Of a DNA stretch of 20,000 bases, positions 8,188 through 17,144 are shown piece after piece; within the stretch, counting starts at the first letter, position 1; every line of letters starts with the position of its first letter. Where the stretch lies: sequence record SRR22947727_1359; one strand, given 5' to 3'. The translations under genes were made by a program, and so were the position numbers. The notes under the pieces were generated by a model. The model ran no database searches. It had not been told where the DNA came from and saw only the letters and a list, made by a program, of their open reading frames with translations.

Positions 8188-9078
8188 TCAGCTCGCGAAT
8201 TCTTCGCCAACTGCAAATCGCTCGAAGCGATTGATTGAGAGCTCATCACCGATGTCTTTGCCTACGGACTCAACCAGCTTTTTGATGGTCTGATCAGCAT
8301 CCTTAACGAATGCCTGCTCAAGAAGCGCGTGCGTGCCATAAAACTTGTTCATCTTACCCTTGATGATCATTTCGATCTTATCCGCTGGCTTGTCCTTCAT
8401 CTGATCACGGAAAATATCTTTCTCCGTCTCAATGAGGCTTTCAGGAACCTCTTCACGAGTGATGCAGATCGGGCTGGCCGCGGCAATGTGAAGCGTGAGA
8501 TCCTTAACAAGCGTGAGGAATTTCTCACTGGAGACGGAGTCTGCTTTACCAGCACCCACTTCGATAAGAACACCCACTTTGCCCTGCATGTGGATGTATG
8601 TAGAAACGGAACCTTCGCCCGCAGCACTCAGCTTTACCCAACGGGTAAGACCCATGTTTTCGCCGAGTTGGCCCGCCTTGTCTTTCACGAAAAGGTCGAG
8701 CGTCTGTGACTCATCACCAACGAAGTTCTCGGCCAGGATGGCATCAAGAGCAGCTCCTTCAGGAGACTTTTCAACGTGATCCAGAATCTGCTCAACGAAC
8801 TCGCGGAAATTGTCGTTCTTCGCGACGAAATCAGTTTCGCAGTTCACTTCAATCATCACGCCGAACTTTCCGTCCGCCGCAACGCGAGAAGCGATGACAC
8901 CTTCTTTGGCATCACGACCTGCTTTTTTGCCCGCATCCATCAGATTTTTCTTCCGAAGCGCGGTTTCCGCTGCTTCAAGATCGCCATCAGTTTCTTTGAG
9001 GGCGGCTTTGCAGTCCATCATTCCTGCGCTTGTTTTATCACGCAGCTGTTTAATTAGGGCGACAGTAATTTCAGCCAT
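8188..9078 (-). CDS. tsf: Translation elongation factor Ts
   Basis: LRDKTSAGMMDCKAAL, EVNCETDFVAKND and LLEQAFVKD motifs; lies downstream of rpsB. Confidence 0.98.
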   Translation of the reverse strand: MAEITVALIKQLRDKTSAGMMDCKAALKETDGDLEAAETALRKKNLMDAGKKAGRDAKEGVIASRVAADGKFGVMIEVNCETDFVAKNDNFREFVEQILDHVEKSPEGAALDAILAENFVGDESQTLDLFVKDKAGQLGENMGLTRWVKLSAAGEGSVSTYIHMQGKVGVLIEVGAGKADSVSSEKFLTLVKDLTLHIAAASPICITREEVPESLIETEKDIFRDQMKDKPADKIEMIIKGKMNKFYGTHALLEQAFVKDADQTIKKLVESVGKDIGDELSINRFERFAVGEEFAS

Positions 9079-9126
9079 ATTTCTAGTAGGTTAAGTAAAG
9101 AGTATTTTGAAAATTTTAAGCGGGAA

Positions 9127-9178
9127 TGGCGTCTTGAACCGGTTCGCGCATAAGCGATTGCCGGTATCAAAAACGCCA
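9127..9178 (-). promoter_or_regulatory. Long imperfect hairpin in the rpsB-tsf spacer
   Basis: On +, TGGCGTCTTGA-ACCGG...CCGGT-A-TCAAAAACGCCA form nested inverted repeats. There is no immediately adjacent U-tract. Confidence 0.5.
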
Positions 9179-9206
9179 CACTCCAGAATTCGGTACGTTC
9201 CTGAAA

Positions 9207-9881
9207 TTAGGAAGCGAGAACCGGCTGGATCAATTTCTTGAGAATGACACGAATCGAGCGAATCGCGTCGTCGTTTGCAGCAATTGGGTAATCGATGATG
9301 TCCGGATCTGCATTTGAATCAACGAGGCCAATAATTGGAATGCCCAGCTTGCGCGCTTCGTTCACTGCGTTGTATTCACGAGCCGTATCAACAATAACAA
9401 CCGCGTCAGGATAACCCTGCATGTCGCGGATTCCGTTGAGACGGAGAAAAAGTTTCTTCTTCGTCCGATTAAGAGAAGCAATCTCTTTCTTACTCATTTT
9501 CTTGAAATCAGGAGATTTCTCGAGGTTTTCCAAATACTGCATGCGATCAACCGACTGACGAACCGTCTTGTGGTTGGTGAGCATTCCACCGAGCCAACGG
9601 TGATTCACATAATACTGCTTGGTTGCTTCAGCCGCCTCGCGAACTGCATCCTGCGCCTGGCGCTTGCAGCCTACGAAAAGGACTTTCTTGCCCTTGCTGA
9701 TGAGGTCGTTGATGAAAAAGCCAGCTTCGCCAATCTGATCAACCGTCTTCTCGAGGTTGATGAGGTGCACGCTGTGCTTGGTGCCCATGATGTAGGGCTT
9801 CATCTTAGGGTTCCACTTTTGTGACTGGTGACCGAAGTGGACACCGGCTTCGACGAGTTCGGTAAGAAGTTCGTTAGACAT
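9207..9881 (-). CDS. rpsB: 30S ribosomal protein S2 (uS2)
   Basis: Start moved to ATG 9881 (MSNELLTELVEAGVHFGH). WNPKMKPYI, RWLGGMLTN and NDDAIRSI motifs; 224 aa. Confidence 0.98.
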   Translation of the reverse strand: MSNELLTELVEAGVHFGHQSQKWNPKMKPYIMGTKHSVHLINLEKTVDQIGEAGFFINDLISKGKKVLFVGCKRQAQDAVREAAEATKQYYVNHRWLGGMLTNHKTVRQSVDRMQYLENLEKSPDFKKMSKKEIASLNRTKKKLFLRLNGIRDMQGYPDAVVIVDTAREYNAVNEARKLGIPIIGLVDSNADPDIIDYPIAANDDAIRSIRVILKKLIQPVLAS

Positions 9882-10078
9882 ATTGTTTTGGTGACAGACT
9901 TTTAGCAGCACTGTCGGTATTGGGTTGGGAAATCGCCGATTTTTTAAAGAACCGCCTCTCGATTTCCCGTTGGTTTCGTTCGGACTGAGACGGGCGCGCA
10001 ATGAACTCGGAAAATTTTAGAAATCAAGGGTGAAATCACCGAACCCAGACCTGATTTTCCTAGTTCTAAATCCCAGTT

Positions 10079-10126
10079 TCCACGATCCAATAGGGTACGT
10101 TCGACGAACCAACCCTATTCGATCGT
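10079..10126. repeat. Palindromic element, second copy of the 1564-1604 element; hairpin directly after the Smr stop codon
   Basis: ACGATC-C-AATAGGGT-AC-GTTC-GAC-GAAC-CA-ACCCTATT-C-GATCGT. Over 10079-10119 it is 32/41 identical to 1564-1604. Confidence 0.6.
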
Positions 10127-10127
10127 A

Positions 10128-10415
10128 TCAGACGCTGTTCGATCGTAATTTCACCACCGTTGCTCCCCAGCTGCCTTCGGTTTCATCTCCGCCGCGAAAT
10201 GAAATGACATCCTCCGACTTCTCTAAAACAGCGATAACTCCGCGACACAGAGCTCCGGTTCCTTTGCCGTGAATCACGCGCACTTCAAATATTCCCTGCT
10301 TGCGGCATTCGTGGAAATATTCAGGTAACAGCTCTCCGATTTCGTTCGGCCGGAACGTGTGAAGATCGAGCTCCGACGTGATGGGATGCTCGATGGGCTC
10401 TTCCGAATCGCTCAC
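10128..10415 (-). CDS. Stand-alone Smr (small MutS-related) domain protein
   Basis: ELDLHTF, VRVIHGKGTGAL and GSWGATVV motifs. The GTG start overlaps the upstream stop (GTGA) and is preceded by AAAGGA. Confidence 0.92.
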   Translation of the reverse strand: MSDSEEPIEHPITSELDLHTFRPNEIGELLPEYFHECRKQGIFEVRVIHGKGTGALCRGVIAVLEKSEDVISFRGGDETEGSWGATVVKLRSNSV

Positions 10416-11653
10416 TTTCCTTTAAGACTGAAAAGGTGAGTGTCGGTTCGCACGATAAGTCGCCCGTTCGCGACCGCCGGAGTCGCATTAACTCCCGACT
10501 CAAGCTTACTCCGCCCCAAAACGGCGAAGCTTTTTCCCAATGCGACAGAAACCATTTCGCCATCTTTACTGGCGCAATAAATTTTTCCATCGGCAATGAC
10601 TGGCGAACTGAAAAAGTTTCCGTTAAGCCGCTCTTTGTAAATTTCTTCTCCCGTCAAGGCATCACGACACGTCAGAATCCCGCCGTCACCCCACAAATAA
10701 AGTAGCCCTTCGTGAATTAGCGGAGTCGGGACATAACTGAGCCCCTCGCCCTTTCCAAGGGAGAAAATCACTTTGGGTTTCGCGGTCTTGCCGGGCTTCA
10801 GCGCCGAGCTCTGCTTTCCATCGCCACCCGATCCAAATGTCGCAAAGACCATGCCGTCTGATTCAACAATGGAACTCACCGAACGAAATGTATATTCTCC
10901 CGGATAAGCCCAGGCAACACTACCATTAAGAGGGTCAAGTCCTTTCCAACCATCGTTGGTTTGCACCACAGCCACCGTCGGCCGACCTCCTGCCATCACT
11001 TCCGTTGGTGTTGAATAGGCGGATAAATGTTTCTCATCGGTTTTCGGAGTGACGCGCTCCATTTCCCACAGGGTTTCGCCAGTTTTGGGATCGAGCGCGC
11101 GGACCTGGCTTTTATATTCATCTTTCGAATCGGTGTGGAGCACCAAGCGCCCCTGAACCAGAATTGGAGAAGCGGCGTGTCCGTGATCCGAAGTGAAGCC
11201 ATCCCACTCACGCTGCCACAGTTTTTCACCTGAATGACTCAAACCCAAAGCGACGGTTTGTGTTCCGGTGACCCAAACTACGTAGACGCCATCAGCATCA
11301 CACGTGGGGGTCGCCGCAGCAAAATTATTAAACCGGTGGTGGTGATGTTCTGCCACCGTGTCCACAAACTCCCATTTTTTCTCGCCAGACTTGCAATCAA
11401 TTGCGAGAACTTTCCGGGTAGTCTCCTCTGCGGTCGTCAGGAAAATCAAATCGCCCCACAAGACGGGAGACGAATGTCCGGCTCCTTCTATTTCGACCCG
11501 CCATTCGCAATGGGCTTGGGTGAATTCAGCAGGAAGCCCACTGACTTTTCCAGTTCCACTTCCATTTGGCCCTCGAAATCGAGTCCATTCCTGCGAATAG
11601 GCAGCGACTGTAAAAATTAGACAGCAAGCGGTGAAAAATTGGCGGACAGACAT
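10412..11653 (-). CDS. PQQ-binding-like (BamB-like) beta-propeller repeat protein of the expanded PVC paralog family
   Basis: Signal peptide. WTRFRGPNGSG, GHSSPVLWGD, repeated A.D..TGE..W motifs, YSTP, FSSPVIADGKIY, ATPAVANGRL. Confidence 0.9.
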   Translation of the reverse strand: MSVRQFFTACCLIFTVAAYSQEWTRFRGPNGSGTGKVSGLPAEFTQAHCEWRVEIEGAGHSSPVLWGDLIFLTTAEETTRKVLAIDCKSGEKKWEFVDTVAEHHHHRFNNFAAATPTCDADGVYVVWVTGTQTVALGLSHSGEKLWQREWDGFTSDHGHAASPILVQGRLVLHTDSKDEYKSQVRALDPKTGETLWEMERVTPKTDEKHLSAYSTPTEVMAGGRPTVAVVQTNDGWKGLDPLNGSVAWAYPGEYTFRSVSSIVESDGMVFATFGSGGDGKQSSALKPGKTAKPKVIFSLGKGEGLSYVPTPLIHEGLLYLWGDGGILTCRDALTGEEIYKERLNGNFFSSPVIADGKIYCASKDGEMVSVALGKSFAVLGRSKLESGVNATPAVANGRLIVRTDTHLFSLKGK

Positions 11654-11728
11654 GGCTTACCAACCAAGTGCGGAATTGTGTCACCCGCAACCATTACCGA
11701 GTGCGTGATTGAGCGATTTTGTATCAAT

Positions 11729-12538
11729 TTATCCCTCAAGCCCAATCAGTTGGGTCACGGTAACAAATTGATAGCCTTTGGCCTTAATTCCGTCCAACGC
11801 ACGCGGCATCGCATCGATTGTTGGAGCGTGAATATCGTGCGCTAAAAGAATTCCGCCGGGCTTTGCTCCATTGATCAGGCGGCTCGCAACCACGCTAGAA
11901 CCAGGCTTTTTCCAGTCTTCGGGATCAACTGACCACAGGATTGATGGAAATCCGAATTCGGCTTTAATCCATGTTTTCTGAACGCTGGTAATCGCTCCAT
12001 AGGGAGGGCGAACGGTGCGCGGAGTAACTCCGCAAGCAGTGCGGATGATTTGATTTGCGTTGTTCAAATCGCTTCGAATCTGCGACTGCGACATCGAAGT
12101 CATTTTTCCGTGACTCACGGTGTGATTGCCGATTTCGTGACCTTCCGCCACGATACGTCGCATGATCGATGGGTAACGACGCGCGTTTGAACCGACCACA
12201 AAAAACGTCGCTTTGATATTACGCTGCTTCAACATGTCGAGCAGTCGCGGGGTGTTCGTCGGGTGCGGGCCATCGTCAAACGTCATCGCGACAACCGGCA
12301 TCGTTGTCGAGACCTTTGAATACGATGTCATCCGGCCAACTCCGCCTCGCGGCAGTGAAGAACCGGGATTCCAGCCAGGCTGGCCAACGCCCTCCCCTGC
12401 TGCATTACGTTTGTCTTTCGACATGAAAACCTCTCCTCTCTTCGCCAGTTTCGACTCAGCCGAAGTTTGACAAGAGGTGGTCATCAATAACGAGCACAGA
12501 GCGCCCGCAGTGATTAAAAATGCGCGTGAGAATTTCAA
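11729..12538 (-). CDS. Polysaccharide deacetylase (CE4 / NodB homology), probable lipoprotein
   Basis: All five CE4 motifs are present: TFDDGP, HTVSH, RPPYG, DPEDW, LAHD. TTG start; the hydrophobic N-terminus ends in a lipobox-like TTSC. Confidence 0.92.
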   Translation of the reverse strand: MKFSRAFLITAGALCSLLMTTSCQTSAESKLAKRGEVFMSKDKRNAAGEGVGQPGWNPGSSLPRGGVGRMTSYSKVSTTMPVVAMTFDDGPHPTNTPRLLDMLKQRNIKATFFVVGSNARRYPSIMRRIVAEGHEIGNHTVSHGKMTSMSQSQIRSDLNNANQIIRTACGVTPRTVRPPYGAITSVQKTWIKAEFGFPSILWSVDPEDWKKPGSSVVASRLINGAKPGGILLAHDIHAPTIDAMPRALDGIKAKGYQFVTVTQLIGLEG

Positions 12539-12621
12539 AAGAAATAGAGAAAGGATTGAAAATACAGAAGAGTGAAAGTTATGAAATTTTAAAATATTCG
12601 CAACTTCTAAATAAAATTTTA

Positions 12622-13503
12622 TTATTTTGTGACAAAACGGTCGATGAGCGGTTTCAAGTTCTGAACCGTCTCATCAGGCCAAAGCGAGCGGTCCGTTACC
12701 AAAGCGGAATCCAGCGCCGAATGCTCGGGCCAATCTGCGTCTATTGGGATTTTCGGAATTACATCAGCGAGAATTTTTTTCGCATTCTCAGCATTCGCAT
12801 GGACATGCTCGATTACAGCATGCGCATTCACGGCATCTTCTTCGACTTTCCAGCAATCGTAATCGGTAATCATCGCCAAGGTCGCGAGTGAGATCTCAGC
12901 TTCACGGGCGAGTTTTGCTTCCGGTAAATTCGTCATTCCAATAACATCGAAACCCAGCTTCCGGTTGGTTTCGCTTTCAGCCCGGGTCGAAAACGCCGGC
13001 CCGTCCATGTTCACATAAGTTCCTCGATCATGAACATTCAGCCCGAGATTCTTTGATGAATCGGACAAAAGGCACCGCAAATTCTCCGAAATGGGATCGC
13101 TAAAACCAATGTGGGCGACGATTCCATTGCCGAAAAACGTCGCGTCCTTGCGCTGGCTGGTGCGATCAAAAAACTGATCCGGCAACACCACATCGCGCGG
13201 CGCATATTCTTCCTGAAGTGATCCCACAGCTGTCACCGCAACGATCCAGCGAACATTCAGAGATCGCAACGCCCAGATATTCGCGCGGTGATTCAGCTCA
13301 CTAGGCAATATACGATGCCCTTTTCCGTGACGCGGCAGGAAGTAAACACGCCGTCCCGCGAAATCGCCCGCCAGAATGGCATCCGAAGGCTTTCCGAACG
13401 GAGTATCGATGTGGATTTCCTCCGTGTTTTCAAAACCATCAATTTCGTAAAGGCCAGAGCCGCCAATGACGCCAATGGCAGGAGTTTGTGAGGAATTCGA
13501 CAT
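12622..13503 (-). CDS. mtnP: S-methyl-5'-thioadenosine phosphorylase
   Basis: IGVIGGSGLY, TPFGKPS, PRHGKGH, AVGSL, GPAFSTRAES, IGMTNLPEAKLAREAE and TDYDCW motifs. Confidence 0.95.
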   Translation of the reverse strand: MSNSSQTPAIGVIGGSGLYEIDGFENTEEIHIDTPFGKPSDAILAGDFAGRRVYFLPRHGKGHRILPSELNHRANIWALRSLNVRWIVAVTAVGSLQEEYAPRDVVLPDQFFDRTSQRKDATFFGNGIVAHIGFSDPISENLRCLLSDSSKNLGLNVHDRGTYVNMDGPAFSTRAESETNRKLGFDVIGMTNLPEAKLAREAEISLATLAMITDYDCWKVEEDAVNAHAVIEHVHANAENAKKILADVIPKIPIDADWPEHSALDSALVTDRSLWPDETVQNLKPLIDRFVTK

Positions 13504-13649
13504 AAAAGATCTAAGTGAAAGTCTAACGGGTGATTGGACGTAATATTTGGAACCAACGTCACTTTCGGAAAATAAAGTTCAAATTCAACCATGAAAATTT
13601 TTAAAAATTATGATATATTTATAACTAAGTTTTCTAAACTAATTCGAGC

Positions 13650-14579
13650 ATGAAAGTTATACGGGCATTTTTTGGAATCGTAGTGTTGGCGATCGCGGCA
13701 TCCCTTCCGTGGATCGTTCAGGACCACATGCAGCAAAACGGAACCTCTGTTTCGGCCCGCTCTCACGACGCAACTGCGTCTGTTCGACGAACCAGCCCTA
13801 TTGGATCGAAAACTCTCGCTGCCGTTCGCGATTGGTTTTCTACTGACAGCAGCCCGGCCGCCCGCTCCAGCTTTTCGACAGCCCCTTCCGATTCACCTGC
13901 CGCTATTCTCGTTGGCAAAGGATTAGCCACCAGCGCCCGCGCAAAAACTGCGGCTGCCCGCGTCGCCCCGATTTTGAATCCTGAATTGAGGGCGCTCGGA
14001 TTAAAAATGGGCGACCCCGTATTTGTTCGGATTTTCAAAGAAGAAGCGGAACTCGAAGTGTGGATGCTTGGGGATGGAAAAACCGAGTATGAACTCTTCA
14101 AAACGTTCGAAATTTGTGCTTTTTCTGGAAAACCGGGCCCCAAATTGAAAGAAGGCGATCGTCAGGCTCCGGAAGGATTCTATTACGTGCCGCCAAGTCG
14201 GATGAATCCCAATAGTCAGTTTCACCTGTCCTTTGATCTCGGGTTTCCCAATGAATACGACACTTATCACGGTCGAATGGGAACCTTTTTGATGGTTCAC
14301 GGAAATTGCGTTTCCGCTGGGTGCTACGCGATGACCGACATCCGGATGGAAGAAATTTACACCCTCGTCGCTGCGGCTCTCGGAGACGGGCAGAAATACT
14401 TTCGAGTTCACGCTTTCCCGTTCCGGATGACCGATTCGCGCATGAATCAGGAATTTAAAAAGAAAGGCAAATGGCTCGAGTTTTGGGGAAATCTGAAAGA
14501 GGGCTACGACTACTTCGAAATGATGAAATTGCCGCCTAATACCTCGGTGAAAGATGGGAAGTATGCTTTTGGTAGCTAA
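13650..14579 (+). CDS. L,D-transpeptidase (YkuD) family protein, YafK/DpaA-like
   Basis: VFVRIFKEE..LEVW, GPKLKEGDRQAPEGFY, LGFPNEYD, catalytic HGNCVSAGC (14298-14324), FPFRMT, FW.NLKEGYDYFE. N-terminal hydrophobic anchor or signal. Confidence 0.92.
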   Translation: MKVIRAFFGIVVLAIAASLPWIVQDHMQQNGTSVSARSHDATASVRRTSPIGSKTLAAVRDWFSTDSSPAARSSFSTAPSDSPAAILVGKGLATSARAKTAAARVAPILNPELRALGLKMGDPVFVRIFKEEAELEVWMLGDGKTEYELFKTFEICAFSGKPGPKLKEGDRQAPEGFYYVPPSRMNPNSQFHLSFDLGFPNEYDTYHGRMGTFLMVHGNCVSAGCYAMTDIRMEEIYTLVAAALGDGQKYFRVHAFPFRMTDSRMNQEFKKKGKWLEFWGNLKEGYDYFEMMKLPPNTSVKDGKYAFGS

Positions 14580-14639
14580 GCGGAGATGACCGAATCATGG
14601 TCATTGAGCATCTTCGATCCATCTCGTAACCTGGTTTGA

Positions 14640-17141
14640 GTGATCCGTTCAATTCCCGTGAAGACTTTTCCCCGACATTCATTTTTCTTTGGCATTTTTG
14701 CCATCCTGTTGCTTTCCCTCGAAAGTAAAGGTGCAGATTCAAAGCTAGATTTCACTCAGGATATCCGCCCGATCCTTTCCGACAAATGCTTCTTTTGCCA
14801 TGGGCCGGATGAACATGAGCGCGGCGCTGACCTGCGGCTGGATAATGCCAAAGACGCCTTCGCCGATTTGGGCGGCTATGCGGCGATCGTCGCGGGAAAA
14901 CCACTGGAGAGCGAACTCATTCTTCGGATTTTGGACGAAGACGATCCGATGCCGCCTGAGAAATCGCATAAGACTCTGAAATCGGAAGAGGTCGAATTGC
15001 TAACGCGCTGGATTGTTGAAGGTGCGGAATATTCTGAACCATGGGCCTACGTTCAGCCGAAAAAGAATTCGATTCCAAAAGTTGGCGATCAGAAGTGGCC
15101 GGTGAATTGGATTGATCGCTTTGTGCTTTCCCGATTGGAATCTGAAAGCCTGCAACCTTCGCTGGATGCGGATCCGGTCACGTTGATTCGACGGCTTCAC
15201 TTTGATCTCACGGGCCTTCCTCCAACACCAGAAGAAGCGGACGCTTTTGTTGATGGCAAAACGGATTTTGACACCGTGGTCGATGATTTATTGGCATCAC
15301 CCCATTTCGGCGAACGCATGGCGATGTATTGGCTCGACCTCGTTCGCTATGCGGACACCGTCGGATACCACGGCGATCAAGATCACAACATCTCGCCGTA
15401 TCGCGACTATGTGATTCGGTCCTTCAATGAAAACATGCCGTTCGATCAATTCACGATCGAACAGATTGCAGGCGATCTATTACCCAATTCCGGCAAATGG
15501 CAGAAAGTCGCTTCCGGTTACAACCGCCTTTTGCAAACTTCTCATGAAGGCGGCATTCAGAAAAAGGAATACAACGCGATTTACGCAGCCGACCGAGTGC
15601 GAAATGTGTCAGCGGTCTGGATGGGAGCCACGGTGGGCTGTGCGCAGTGTCACGATCACAAATACGACCCTTACACAATCAAAGACCACTATGCGATGGC
15701 GGCCTTTTTCGCCGACATTCACGATGACGGCTATAGCGGCAATACACTGCCCGCGAATCGCCAACCGGAGATGTTGTTTTTGACGGACGAACAGGAAGCT
15801 GAGCTGGCTAAGATCGAAGCTGAGATTGAACCACTTTTTGATAAAGCAACGCAGAAGAGCCTCGAAAAACTTGATGTAGAAAAAGCAAAGCTGGTCGCCT
15901 CTTCCAAAGTCGGAAAAGGAAACAAGAAAGCGATTCAGAACAAGATTTCGGAGGTCGATAGACGAATCGCTAGCATTGCTCCGGCCGAAGAACGACAGGC
16001 ATGGGCCCAACTGCATTCAAAACGGAAAGCGATTCAAAAAGAAGGACGCTTAACGATGATCACCGCGGCTAAGCCACCTCGCGAGATGCGTGTTTTACCA
16101 CGTGGAAATTGGCAAGATAACACCGGAGATATCGTAAACGCAGATGTTCCGGGCTTTCTGGGATCGATTCCGGTTGATTCACGAACTCCAACTCGCTTGG
16201 ACCTGGCTGAATGGCTCACGAACGGGGAAACCGGAGTTGGCGAAATGACGGCTCGAGTCTTTGCGAACCGCTTTTGGTATTTGTTTTTTGGAACGGGAAT
16301 TTCACGATCGCTCGATGATTTTGGCGGTCAGGGTGTCCCTCCAGAAAACCCCGAACTTCTCGATAATTTGGCCGTTCACTTTTACGAAAGCGGTTGGGAT
16401 GTGAAAGCAATGGTGCGATTTCTCGTCACCAGCCGAGCCTATCGCCAGTCTTCGATCACACCACCGGAACTGAAAGAACGCGACCCTCACAATCAACTCG
16501 TGGCCCGCCAGTCGAGATACCGCCTTCCTGCCGAAGCCATTCGAGACAATGCGCTGGCTGTGAGCGGCCTATTGGTAGATCAACAAGGAGGCACGAGCGC
16601 CAAACCCTATCAACCAATCGGCTATTTCCGACATTTAAACTTCCCTGTGCGGACATACAAGGCGCACAAAAATCAGGATCAATGGCGACGCGGCGTCTAC
16701 GTTCATTGGCAGCGAATGTTTCTTCACCCCATGATGAAAGCGATGGACGCGCCGAGCCGCGAAGAATGCACTGCCCAACGCCCGCGCTCGAACACACCGA
16801 ATGCCGCACTCGTTTTACTAAACGATCCGACATTTCTCGAAGCTGCACGTGTCTTTGCCATTCGCGTATTGGCTGAAGGTGGAGATTCGATCGATTCCCG
16901 GCTCAACTTTGCCTTTCGCGAAGCGCTCTCGCGACTTCCCGACCCCGAAGAACGAACCGTGATGACCTCGCTACTGAAAGCGACGCGAGCTGACTATGAA
17001 AACAATCCCAACAGTGCCGCCTCACTTTTAGAAAACGGCATGGCCCCGACGCCTATGGAAGTTGATCCAATCGACCTTGCGAGCTGGACAGCAATCACTC
17101 GCGCTTTGCTGAACCTCAACGAAACCGTGACCCGCAATTGA
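14640..17141 (+). CDS. PSD1 / planctomycete cytochrome c domain protein (PSCyt1 + DUF1549 + DUF1553)
   Basis: IRPILSDKCFFCHGPD (CxxCH at 14787-14801), FGERMAMYWLDLVRYADT, CAQCHDHKYDP (CAQCH at 15639-15653), ARVFANRFW, terminal LNLNETVTRN. The start could instead be GTG 14658. Confidence 0.93.
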   Translation: MIRSIPVKTFPRHSFFFGIFAILLLSLESKGADSKLDFTQDIRPILSDKCFFCHGPDEHERGADLRLDNAKDAFADLGGYAAIVAGKPLESELILRILDEDDPMPPEKSHKTLKSEEVELLTRWIVEGAEYSEPWAYVQPKKNSIPKVGDQKWPVNWIDRFVLSRLESESLQPSLDADPVTLIRRLHFDLTGLPPTPEEADAFVDGKTDFDTVVDDLLASPHFGERMAMYWLDLVRYADTVGYHGDQDHNISPYRDYVIRSFNENMPFDQFTIEQIAGDLLPNSGKWQKVASGYNRLLQTSHEGGIQKKEYNAIYAADRVRNVSAVWMGATVGCAQCHDHKYDPYTIKDHYAMAAFFADIHDDGYSGNTLPANRQPEMLFLTDEQEAELAKIEAEIEPLFDKATQKSLEKLDVEKAKLVASSKVGKGNKKAIQNKISEVDRRIASIAPAEERQAWAQLHSKRKAIQKEGRLTMITAAKPPREMRVLPRGNWQDNTGDIVNADVPGFLGSIPVDSRTPTRLDLAEWLTNGETGVGEMTARVFANRFWYLFFGTGISRSLDDFGGQGVPPENPELLDNLAVHFYESGWDVKAMVRFLVTSRAYRQSSITPPELKERDPHNQLVARQSRYRLPAEAIRDNALAVSGLLVDQQGGTSAKPYQPIGYFRHLNFPVRTYKAHKNQDQWRRGVYVHWQRMFLHPMMKAMDAPSREECTAQRPRSNTPNAALVLLNDPTFLEAARVFAIRVLAEGGDSIDSRLNFAFREALSRLPDPEERTVMTSLLKATRADYENNPNSAASLLENGMAPTPMEVDPIDLASWTAITRALLNLNETVTRN

Positions 17142-17144
17142 CCG

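Noticed and set aside
9882..10001. 40-aa N-terminal extension of uS2
   Set aside because: uS2 homology starts at MSNELL (9881). The upstream part is better explained as 5' UTR.
10030..10272. 80-aa plus-strand ORF between rpsB and Smr
   Set aside because: It overlaps Smr antisense and the palindromic element, and has no protein-like features.
10412..11653. Calling this gene bamB or a true PQQ dehydrogenase
   Set aside because: It has no clear lipobox and no BAM context. It matches the expanded PVC propeller paralog family of unknown function.
14581..14626. Alternative short hairpins (ATGACC/GGTCAT, CGGAGATG/CATCTTCG) before the second DUF1553 gene, as a possible switch
   Set aside because: The stems are short, with no U-tract and no recognisable aptamer, so they cannot be distinguished from chance.
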